Source: Patescibacteria group bacterium (GTDB lineage: Bacteria; Patescibacteriota; Patescibacteriia; JAXHNJ01). From it: a DNA stretch of 64,000 nt. The translations under genes and the position numbers were made by a program. Location of the stretch: positions 258,579 to 322,578 of the forward strand of contig JAXHNJ010000001.1 of the NCBI GenBank assembly GCA_034520665.1, written 5' to 3'. The notes under the pieces were generated by a model that saw nothing but the letters and a program-made list of their open reading frames with translations, was not told the DNA's origin and made no database searches. Within the stretch, counting starts at the first letter, position 1. The number at the start of each line of letters is the position of its first letter. Below, in pieces: positions 9,085 through 17,182 of the stretch.

Positions 9085-9412
9085 GCTCTCGCCTATGGCT
9101 CGGGGTAATTAACAGGATTTTAACGGAAAAATACTCGGCTCGCATTTTCCCAAATCGCCTACGGCAAAACTTCTCTAAATCCTGAAGTTGTGCCAAACCC
9201 CATTTTTTGCCAAGAGGATTTTCAGGATTTTTTGAAACAAGGGAAGTAGGAGAAGAGGTTTTTTTATTGGTAAAAAAAATGGTAAACTATAGACAGTGTT
9301 GGATTAATATAATGGTTTAATAAAAATTCGCATAATAAACAAATTTGAGGTGATTATACGAAATCAATTCGTATAATAACGAGTTATCGGAAATAAAAAT
9401 AGTAAAATTTTT

Positions 9413-9973
9413 ATGGGTAATAAAAAAATCTTCACAATCAGCTCTGATTTTGAATTAATTAAAAAACCAAAATGGTTAGATGGCTTTCGTATTAAGCACG
9501 ATAAACCTTTTCCATATCACGTAACTTTAAAAACATGTACATACTTTGATATTGATAATTTTAAAAATTTAAAAAAAGACTTAAGTGGTATTGTTAAAAA
9601 ATATAGCGAGATCAAGGTTATATTTAACAAACTTTTTATAAGTCGCTCTTCAAAGGGCGAATGTATTATGATAAAAGCAGATAATAATAAAAAGCTAAAT
9701 GAACTCCAGAAGGAAATTGTGAAAAAGTTTTCAAAATATGGGAATTATATAGCGAAAAAATACGAAAAATTCGAGAAAAGTTTTATTCCCCATATTACTA
9801 TCGCGCGACATCTTTCATCAGAACAATTGATAATTGCAAAAAAGGATTTAGGGAAAAAACTATTTTGTGAAGCTGTAGTCAAAGGGCTTTCTTTAATGAT
9901 AGTGGAAAATAATACTGATGAAGAATGGTTAAACCACAACAATAAAAGTTATTACAAGTTACAGAACAAATAG
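9413..9973 (+). CDS. 2H phosphoesterase superfamily protein (LigT/2'-5' RNA ligase-like)
   Basis: Two H-x-T/S-x motifs (YHVTLK and PHITIA) about 90 aa apart. Confidence 0.55.
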   Translation: MGNKKIFTISSDFELIKKPKWLDGFRIKHDKPFPYHVTLKTCTYFDIDNFKNLKKDLSGIVKKYSEIKVIFNKLFISRSSKGECIMIKADNNKKLNELQKEIVKKFSKYGNYIAKKYEKFEKSFIPHITIARHLSSEQLIIAKKDLGKKLFCEAVVKGLSLMIVENNTDEEWLNHNNKSYYKLQNK

Positions 9974-10157
9974 AATTTTACTATTTTTACCTTCCGATAA
10001 CAGCGTGTATGCGGTTCGGACTTTCCCTGAAAACCCTCTCCCATATTTTTGCTCCCGTTGGTCGCAAAAACATCGCATACGCTGGAACGTTAAGTGAAAT
10101 TGCGGAGGGGCGCCTAATACGATACTTTTTATAAGTGAGTGAATTTACAATACTATT

Positions 10158-10832
10158 ATGACAACAAAACTTCGCGAACCAGATGAAGAAAATTATGTCT
10201 TTACCGAGGGTATTGATTATTCAAAAACAGAAAAAAAATTTATCTGGGGAACTGGTGATAAAGACACTCTGGAGCTTCTGAATGATATTAAAATTCGAGG
10301 CAAGTGGCTAAACCTTGCCGCTGGTGATGGACGTTACAATTTGAATTTGTTGGAAAAAGTTAATTCAGTTGTTGCTTCAGATATTGATGAAGGTGCGCTT
10401 GGCAAATTGAAACAAAACACACCTAACGAACTAAGAGAAAAACTACAAACAGAAATTTTTGATATAACTAAACCATTTCCATTTGAAGATGAATCATTTG
10501 ACGGTGTGTTTTGCACTGGGACATTACATCTTTTTCCAACTGAAATTTTGCAGCAAATTATTTTAGAGATTGATAGAATTCTAAAATCCAATGGCAAACT
10601 GATTATAGACTTTGCAACTGACATCAAACGTATTCTGCCAGATGGCAAACTTTATATCAGAAAATCTGAACCTCAATACACTGCCGAAGAAGCCGCAAAA
10701 TTTCTCAGAGAATTATTGCACAATTATCAAATTCAAATTGTAGAATCAGAAGTTCCAGAGGAAGAAATTAAGACGCGAGGTTTTGTTTATAGATTTAGTT
10801 GTAAATTCATTTTACTAACAGCAGATAAATAA
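10158..10832 (+). CDS. class I SAM-dependent methyltransferase
   Basis: Motif I LNLAAGDGRYN, then VVASDID (acidic residue at the end of beta-2). Confidence 0.6.
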   Translation: MTTKLREPDEENYVFTEGIDYSKTEKKFIWGTGDKDTLELLNDIKIRGKWLNLAAGDGRYNLNLLEKVNSVVASDIDEGALGKLKQNTPNELREKLQTEIFDITKPFPFEDESFDGVFCTGTLHLFPTEILQQIILEIDRILKSNGKLIIDFATDIKRILPDGKLYIRKSEPQYTAEEAAKFLRELLHNYQIQIVESEVPEEEIKTRGFVYRFSCKFILLTADK

Positions 10833-11172
10833 TGACGGCGACCCCCACAACTCTCGCCAGCCCTTCGGGACGTTGCACTAAATTTTTGCCCTTCGGGACA
10901 TATAACAAGGGATATGAGGTTACGAAGTTTTGCAGACTTCTTTACTCAAATTCGCCTACGGCGAACTTCTCATAAGCCCGATGTTAAATGAAATTTTGCC
11001 TTGAAATGTGAAGTGAAAAATATTCGTGCTATTAAAAAAAGATAGTTCGTAATTTCAAAATTTATTTTATTTATCGGCAAAACTTCACTTAACACTGTGT
11101 ATCTGGTTCCGTAAAAGAGAAAAATTAAATAATTCTCTATTTTTAAAAGCCTTTTTTCAATTTTTTTACAAA

Positions 11173-11200
11173 GAAAAAACCAGTTGTTAGGGACAACTGG
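11173..11200 (-). terminator. Rho-independent terminator for the minus-strand gene 11217..11591
   Basis: Minus strand reads CCAGTTGTCCCTAACAACTGG followed by a T-run: an 8-bp stem plus TTTTTTT. Confidence 0.55.
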
Positions 11201-11216
11201 AAAACCCTTATTTTGT

Positions 11217-11591
11217 TTAGAGGACTGCGTAGTACGGCATTCCGCCAGGCAGGGCTGACCACATGGCACGCGGCATAAGGCATTTGGCCTTGCCGATCGC
11301 GGTGCCGAGTTGAAAGAGCTGGTCCATGCGTTGGTGCAGATCTGTCCACTGATTGCCATGCTTGTCGTTACAGGCATTCAAAAAGGACGTGCCGCCACCA
11401 CCGGACATCTTGAACTCGTCGGGTAATTCATCCAGTATTTCCTCAATCTCGGCCTTATGGCTTTCCAGTCTGTCGGTATGAAAACCAACATTCTGGGTTA
11501 TACCCTCGGCTTTGACATAATTGTTGGTTTCCTCATCTTCTTTGAACAGACAGTCTATGAAGATTGCATTTACGCGTTCGGGATCAATCAT
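11217..11591 (-). CDS. hypothetical protein (124 aa), compositionally foreign (higher GC), minus strand
   Basis: ORF has its own terminator and sits inside a split boundary repeat. GC about 47%. No motif recognised. Confidence 0.45.
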   Translation of the reverse strand: MIDPERVNAIFIDCLFKEDEETNNYVKAEGITQNVGFHTDRLESHKAEIEEILDELPDEFKMSGGGGTSFLNACNDKHGNQWTDLHQRMDQLFQLGTAIGKAKCLMPRAMWSALPGGMPYYAVL

Positions 11592-11907
11592 CTTCGTTCC
11601 TCCTTTGTTAAGGTTATCAGCAAAATTACTGATTATTAAGTATGGCAGATTTCTTATTTCATGTCAAGCTTGGCGACCAAAAAATTGAAAAAAGGGCTTT
11701 AATAGCTTTAATATAAGGTAAATTATTATTTTTTCTCTTTTACTTCACCCAAATTGTTCGTTCCTCGCAAATTCTCATAATCCTAACGTTATGTGAAATA
11801 GCCAGAAATTTCTTAATTATTTTTTAAGATTTTTTTGGCAATTTATTTCACGTCGAACATAACTTGTGGTATAATTTAGTCAGTTTAATTAATTAACCAA
11901 TAAAACT

Positions 11908-12207
11908 ATGTCAGAAAAATTCGAAGGCAATTTGCCACCTCAAGAGCAAAAAGAAGGTTATTCAGCAGATTTCGTAGCCAAGGTAAAAGAAGTATTTCCA
12001 GATTGGGATCGCATGAATCAAGCGCTGGAATCTGGTAGTGAGTGGGTCGGTCGTTATCTTGATGATTCGCGCGGTTTTTCAATGAAGCCAGATGAAATTG
12101 TCCAAGCTCTTGAAGGCGGCGATCAAGAAAAAGTTCTTGAGGCGGCAAGGAAAGCCAAAAAGATTGATGAGCTTTATAAAGAATGGTCTGAATCACGGGA
12201 AAAATAA
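11908..12207 (+). CDS. hypothetical acidic protein (99 aa)
   Basis: Preceded by an extended -10 promoter: TTCACG, 17 nt, TGgTATAAT at about 11850-11878. The + strand frame looks more protein-like than the overlapping minus-strand frame. Confidence 0.4.
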   Translation: MSEKFEGNLPPQEQKEGYSADFVAKVKEVFPDWDRMNQALESGSEWVGRYLDDSRGFSMKPDEIVQALEGGDQEKVLEAARKAKKIDELYKEWSESREK

Positions 12208-12256
12208 ATTGCCAAAAAATAATAATAAGGAATAGAAATTTCTGTCAACATCACAT

Positions 12257-12400
12257 AACAGCGTGTATCTGGTTCGGCAAATTTGACACAATTAGATTCA
12301 AAAGGAATGTCAAATCTACCTCTCCCAAATTTCGCAAAAAAATACTATTTTTAAAGGAATTTTTGCGAAACTTCAGATACACGCAAACGTTATACGCAAT
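12257..12400 (+). repeat. attC-like boundary repeat, the best-preserved copy
   Basis: Outer arms ATAACAGCGTGTATCTGGTTCGG ... CTTCAGATACACGCAAACGTTATACG. Two inner inverted repeats: AAATTTGACA/TGTCAAAT and TTTCGCAAAAA/TTTTTGCGAAA. Confidence 0.6.
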
Positions 12401-12589
12401 TCAAAAAATATTTTTTTTATAAGGAATTTTGACAGGCTTTTTAAAAAGGGGAATAAATTTGTTTTTTTATTAATTAGAAAGGGGTAAATGGTGTTTTCTC
12501 CGCTATCGCTCCGAAAACGATTTATTATTGGAAAAAGACAAAAAGTTTTATATACTTAAATTAGTTTTAACTTATTAAAGGATTAAAAT

Positions 12590-15337
12590 ATGAGTGAAGA
12601 ATTACTACAAAGAGGACTAACTAAAAAAGGAATTACATTCATAGATTATGAATTTTTTCCGTTACACTCAACGACCTTAAAACAATATAAAAAGTTAAAA
12701 ATAATTCCTAATAAAGATTATGATAAATATGAAATTAGAAAACCTGACGGGCTTTTAGTAGACAGAGGAAATAAATCAAAGCCGAAAGTTGTTACAGTTT
12801 TGGAATACAAAAAACCTTCTGAATTTCAAACAGATAAACAAAAAAGAGAAGCGATTGAACAATGCAATGATTTGTGTCAAGAGCTTGAAGCAAAAATAGG
12901 AATTATTACAGACGGAATTGTTACTTATTGGATAAATCCAAACCACGCAGATAAAAATAACAAATACAAAGATAGAACAACTGGGAAGAAGCGAAGTTTT
13001 TCTTATATCTTAAATGATGATAAGCAAAGATTACAAAAGAAGTTTTTCATTAAAGAGAACGATAAAAAAGATATTTCAAAATTGAATAATGAAACAAGAG
13101 AAACTTACAGATTAGTTAAAAGAATTTTAGAAGAAACAAATAATAAAAATTCTGTTTTGAAAGCAACAGAAAAAACAGACCCAACCCCTCTCGCGAGAAG
13201 TGTTTGGCAAAGTATTTACATAAGCACAAAAGATAATCCAACAGCTTGTCTTTATAATGTTGTTGAGATTTTTATCTTTAAGTTTCTGAGTGATTTAGGA
13301 GTTTTAAAAGGAGTTAATAGTTTTGATTATTTATTGAAACTTTACAAAACAGAAGATAGTAAAACAGTTTTAAAACACTATGCTAAAACTTGCAGAGAAG
13401 AAATAAGAAATTTATTTGAAGCGGGAGATGACGGGACAACAATAATTAATGGAACTATTTTTGTAAATAAAGACGGAAGCCCTGTTTTATCACAAGCGAC
13501 TTTATTTAAAGACACTATTGAAAAATATGCAAAGTTTGGAGATTTAAAAAATATTGACAAGGGATTTAAAACAAAATTGTTCGAAACATTTTTGAAGCAG
13601 AGTAAGGACAAAAGTAAGTTAGGACAATTTTTTACACCGAGAAAAGTTGTTAAGGGAATTGTTGAAATGGCTGATGTGGATAAAGCGGAATTTATATGCG
13701 ACCCATTTTGCGGTGTTGGTGGTTTTCTTTTAGAGCCATTTCAAATATCTCAAAATTTGAAAAATAAATTTATTCCAAAGAATAATGAAATAAATCCGCC
13801 TGTAAAACTTTTAGGATATGATACAGGAAGAGAAGATAACGACGAACAAAAGAGGACTATTATTTTAGCAAAGGCGAATATGCTTATTTATTTGTCTGAT
13901 TTAGTCGAAAAAAATTCTACATTAAACGAGGAATTTTCAAAAATAATAAATAATACTTTCCACTTTTTATCGGATAGTAATCTTGGAACACTAAAAGAAA
14001 CTGAAAGATTTGAAAGAAATGAGGATAAGCCTGATTTAATTATTACCAATCCTCCATATATCACAAGCGGAGTAACTACAATAAGAAAACAGATTGAGGA
14101 AGATGGTTTAACTGATTATTATAAAAATAGTGGAAAGGGAATGGAAGGTTTATGCTTAAAATGGATAATAAAAAATTTGAAAAGAAAAGGACAAGCATTT
14201 ATTGTTTTGCCAGATAGTATTTTTAATGTTTTTGCCAATAAAGTTTTAAGAGATGAAATAAAAAAGAATTGTTATATTAATTGTATTATATCTTTACCCG
14301 CAAAAACTTTCTTTAATACTCCAAAGAAAACTTATGTTTTAGGAATTACAAAAAAAGATTGTGATGAAGATGAATGTGAAAATCTTAAACAGGATTTTCC
14401 TGTATTCACTTATTTAGTTTCTAATATCGGGGAAACATTAGATATTAACCGATTCGAAATTCCTGAAAATGATTTGGATAATGCGAAGAATTTGTTTAAT
14501 CAATTTAAAGGAAGTCCAAATAATTTTCAAACAGATGACTCACGATGTAAATTACAACCTATTGAAAAATTTGAAAATGAGAAATATTGGATAATTGATA
14601 AATGGTGGAGTAAAAAAGAAAAAATAGAAATTGAAATTGAAGAAGAAGATGAAAGTTTAACTATTGATGAATTTAAAGATCAAATTGAAAAAACAAAGGA
14701 AAAATTAGGAGAATTAGAATGGGTGGCAGATAAAACAAAAGAGAGAAAATATAAAACCAAAATGATGTATGTAACGGATGATAAGATAAATAAAAATAGG
14801 AAAGAAGAAGGAATTTTTGAAGCAGAAAAAGGAAATGCAAAATACACAAAAAAATATATGCACGACCATAAAGGTGAGTTTCCTGTTTATTCTTCTCAAA
14901 CTTCTAATTTAGGCGAGATAGGAAGCATAGACACCTATGATTATGAAGAAGAATGTTTTACTTGGACAACCGATGGAACTTATGTTGGAACTGTTTTTTA
15001 TAGAAATGGTAAGTTTTCAATAACCACTCATTGCGGAATTTTAAGAGTTAAACCAGAATACAAAGATAAAGTTGATTTTGAATATTTGAATTTTATCTTA
15101 AATCAAACACTCCCTAATTATAAATTAGGTGAAGGTTCTAATAAAAGATTAGGGACTGAAAGAATGAAGGAAATTCAAATAGAAATCCCAATAAACAAAA
15201 ACGGAGAATTTGACTTAGATAAACAAAAAGAAATTGCTGAAAAGTATAAGAAAATAGAAGAAATCAAGGAAAAACTTAAAGACAATTATGAAAAGATGAT
15301 AAATTCAAAAGTTCAGATTATTGAAGCAGAAGAATAA
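12590..15337 (+). CDS. Type IIG (MmeI-like) single-chain restriction-modification enzyme: N-terminal PD-(D/E)xK nuclease, gamma-class N6-adenine methyltransferase, C-terminal target-recognition region
   Basis: N-terminal KPDGLLVD...VLEYKK matches PD...ExK. Methyltransferase motif I FFTPRKVV...DPFCGVGGFL. Motif IV ITNPPY. The 915-aa length matches MmeI architecture. Confidence 0.7.
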   Translation: MSEELLQRGLTKKGITFIDYEFFPLHSTTLKQYKKLKIIPNKDYDKYEIRKPDGLLVDRGNKSKPKVVTVLEYKKPSEFQTDKQKREAIEQCNDLCQELEAKIGIITDGIVTYWINPNHADKNNKYKDRTTGKKRSFSYILNDDKQRLQKKFFIKENDKKDISKLNNETRETYRLVKRILEETNNKNSVLKATEKTDPTPLARSVWQSIYISTKDNPTACLYNVVEIFIFKFLSDLGVLKGVNSFDYLLKLYKTEDSKTVLKHYAKTCREEIRNLFEAGDDGTTIINGTIFVNKDGSPVLSQATLFKDTIEKYAKFGDLKNIDKGFKTKLFETFLKQSKDKSKLGQFFTPRKVVKGIVEMADVDKAEFICDPFCGVGGFLLEPFQISQNLKNKFIPKNNEINPPVKLLGYDTGREDNDEQKRTIILAKANMLIYLSDLVEKNSTLNEEFSKIINNTFHFLSDSNLGTLKETERFERNEDKPDLIITNPPYITSGVTTIRKQIEEDGLTDYYKNSGKGMEGLCLKWIIKNLKRKGQAFIVLPDSIFNVFANKVLRDEIKKNCYINCIISLPAKTFFNTPKKTYVLGITKKDCDEDECENLKQDFPVFTYLVSNIGETLDINRFEIPENDLDNAKNLFNQFKGSPNNFQTDDSRCKLQPIEKFENEKYWIIDKWWSKKEKIEIEIEEEDESLTIDEFKDQIEKTKEKLGELEWVADKTKERKYKTKMMYVTDDKINKNRKEEGIFEAEKGNAKYTKKYMHDHKGEFPVYSSQTSNLGEIGSIDTYDYEEECFTWTTDGTYVGTVFYRNGKFSITTHCGILRVKPEYKDKVDFEYLNFILNQTLPNYKLGEGSNKRLGTERMKEIQIEIPINKNGEFDLDKQKEIAEKYKKIEEIKEKLKDNYEKMINSKVQIIEAEE

Positions 15338-15625
15338 ACTTTTGAATAAGGAGTTTTGAAAAATGGAATTCACCCCTAACCCCCGCCCGCCTCGCTACGC
15401 GAAGCGTTGCGGGCAGGCCTCTGCCCAAAATTCAAAACGGGAAAAATCAAATTTATAAGAATTAAAGAAAGTCTATCATGAAGAATAAGAACGAAAAATA
15501 TTTTTTGAACTCACTCCGCTTTGCTCCGCAAAACATCAAATATAGGCAAACCTTGTGCCAGACCTCATTTCTTGTCAAGAGGATTTCCAGGACTTTTTAA
15601 GAAAATGAAATTAATTTATTAAAAT

Positions 15626-16258
15626 ATGATCCTAAAAATATTATACAATAATAGGGCTAAAGAAGGTTTTAAAGAAGGTTGGGGATTTTCTTGCTTGATT
15701 GAATCTATTAAGGAAAATAAGAAAATCTTGTTTGACACTGGGGCTGACTTTGAAACTCTTAGTTTTAACGCTCAAAAACTAGGGGTAAATTTTAAAAATA
15801 TTGACAAGGTAGTTATTTCCCATGACCATGATGACCACACCGGCGGCTTGGCAGGAGTTTTAAAGGAAAATAATAAGGTAAAAGTTATCTGGCCGAAAAA
15901 TGAAAATAGTTTTAGAATTATTAGCGGTATTTTTTCAACCGGCTCTTTGAAAGCAGCCATAGACTTAAAAGAGCAGTCTTTGTTTTTGGCAACAAAGAAA
16001 GGTTTAGTCATTATAGTCGGTTGTTCTCATCCCGGAGTGGATAAAATTCTTCAAAGAGTAAAAGAGGTTAGGTCTTTAAAAAATAATAAAAAGATTTACG
16101 CTATTATTGGTGGTTTTCACGGCTTTAATAAATTAGATGAATTAGAAGGAATTGAAGTTATTGGCGCTTGCCATTGTACGTCACATAAACAAGAAATTAA
16201 GAAGAAATTTCCTGATCAGTTTAAAAAAATAAGAGCCGGTGATATAATAAAATTATAA
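15626..16258 (+). CDS. metallo-beta-lactamase-fold hydrolase
   Basis: HxHxDH motif (ISHDHDDHTGG), and downstream His and Asp residues (GFHG). Confidence 0.6.
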   Translation: MILKILYNNRAKEGFKEGWGFSCLIESIKENKKILFDTGADFETLSFNAQKLGVNFKNIDKVVISHDHDDHTGGLAGVLKENNKVKVIWPKNENSFRIISGIFSTGSLKAAIDLKEQSLFLATKKGLVIIVGCSHPGVDKILQRVKEVRSLKNNKKIYAIIGGFHGFNKLDELEGIEVIGACHCTSHKQEIKKKFPDQFKKIRAGDIIKL

Positions 16259-16370
16259 AAATAAATAATATATTTATGCCCGGCCAGTGGCTCAAGATTT
16301 GCCTTTTAAGAAAATGGAAAGAAAAGGGCCAGCTTTATAAAAATATTTTACCCAATGGAGAAAAAATAAA

Positions 16371-17099
16371 ATGCCTCAATTAAGTACCTTTACCTGGATA
16401 GCTATATTTGCCATTGGCTCAGCCGTGGTCAATGCTTTAGGTATTTACGCTATCTATAAAAATAAAAGATGGGCTGAGAAAACTAAGGCTTATTTAATGT
16501 GTTTTGCCGCCGGAGTTTTGATTTCTGTGCCTTTAATGCTGGCCTTTCCCGAGGCTGTGAATAAGAATTTCTACGCTGGCTTTGCCGCTTTGGCTGGTTT
16601 TTTGTTTATGTTTTTTAGCAATAAAGTAATTAAGGACCGGACCAAGCAGAAAACTTTGGCTTTTGGCATCACAGCCGCTGAAGGCATTGGTATTCACTCT
16701 TTTGTTGACGGGGTTATTTATACGGTCACTTTTTCGGTCAGTATTTTAGTCGGTTTTGTCTCAGGCTTGGGCTTGGTTATTCATGAATTTGCTGAAGGGG
16801 TAATTATTTTTTCCGTGCTTATAAAAGGGGGAGTGGCTAAAAAAAAGGCTGCTTTTTATGCTTTGTTAATATCGGCGCTAACTACCCCCTTAGGGGCCTT
16901 TGTTGCTTATCCTATTGTTAGTCGGTTAAATGACTCAATTTTAGGCCTTACTTTAGGCTTTATGGTCGGGGTTTTAATTTATATATCGGCGGCTCATCTT
17001 TTGCCAGAAGCCAGAGAGCATGAGAAAGTACACTCTTTTTGGGCCTTTTTAGTTGGTGTGGTTTTGGCTTTGTTTATTGTTTTTACAAAAATGGTTTAA
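16371..17099 (+). CDS. ZIP family metal cation transporter (ZupT-like)
   Basis: Eight-TM protein with HSFVDGV and HEFAEGV motifs, matching the ZIP signature H-x-x-x-E/D-G. Confidence 0.6.
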   Translation: MPQLSTFTWIAIFAIGSAVVNALGIYAIYKNKRWAEKTKAYLMCFAAGVLISVPLMLAFPEAVNKNFYAGFAALAGFLFMFFSNKVIKDRTKQKTLAFGITAAEGIGIHSFVDGVIYTVTFSVSILVGFVSGLGLVIHEFAEGVIIFSVLIKGGVAKKKAAFYALLISALTTPLGAFVAYPIVSRLNDSILGLTLGFMVGVLIYISAAHLLPEAREHEKVHSFWAFLVGVVLALFIVFTKMV

Positions 17100-17182
17100 A
17101 ATTTAATAAAAAGCATTTGATTTAAAGGGCCAAATGACCTAATATAAGTCTATTAGAGTTTTTAGAAATTAAATTATTTTTT

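Noticed and set aside
10970-11377. 135-aa and 68-aa minus-strand ORFs overlapping the 124-aa gene region
   Set aside because: They are alternative frames of the same GC-rich segment. Only 11217..11591 has a clean terminator, and it is a single long frame across the whole insert.
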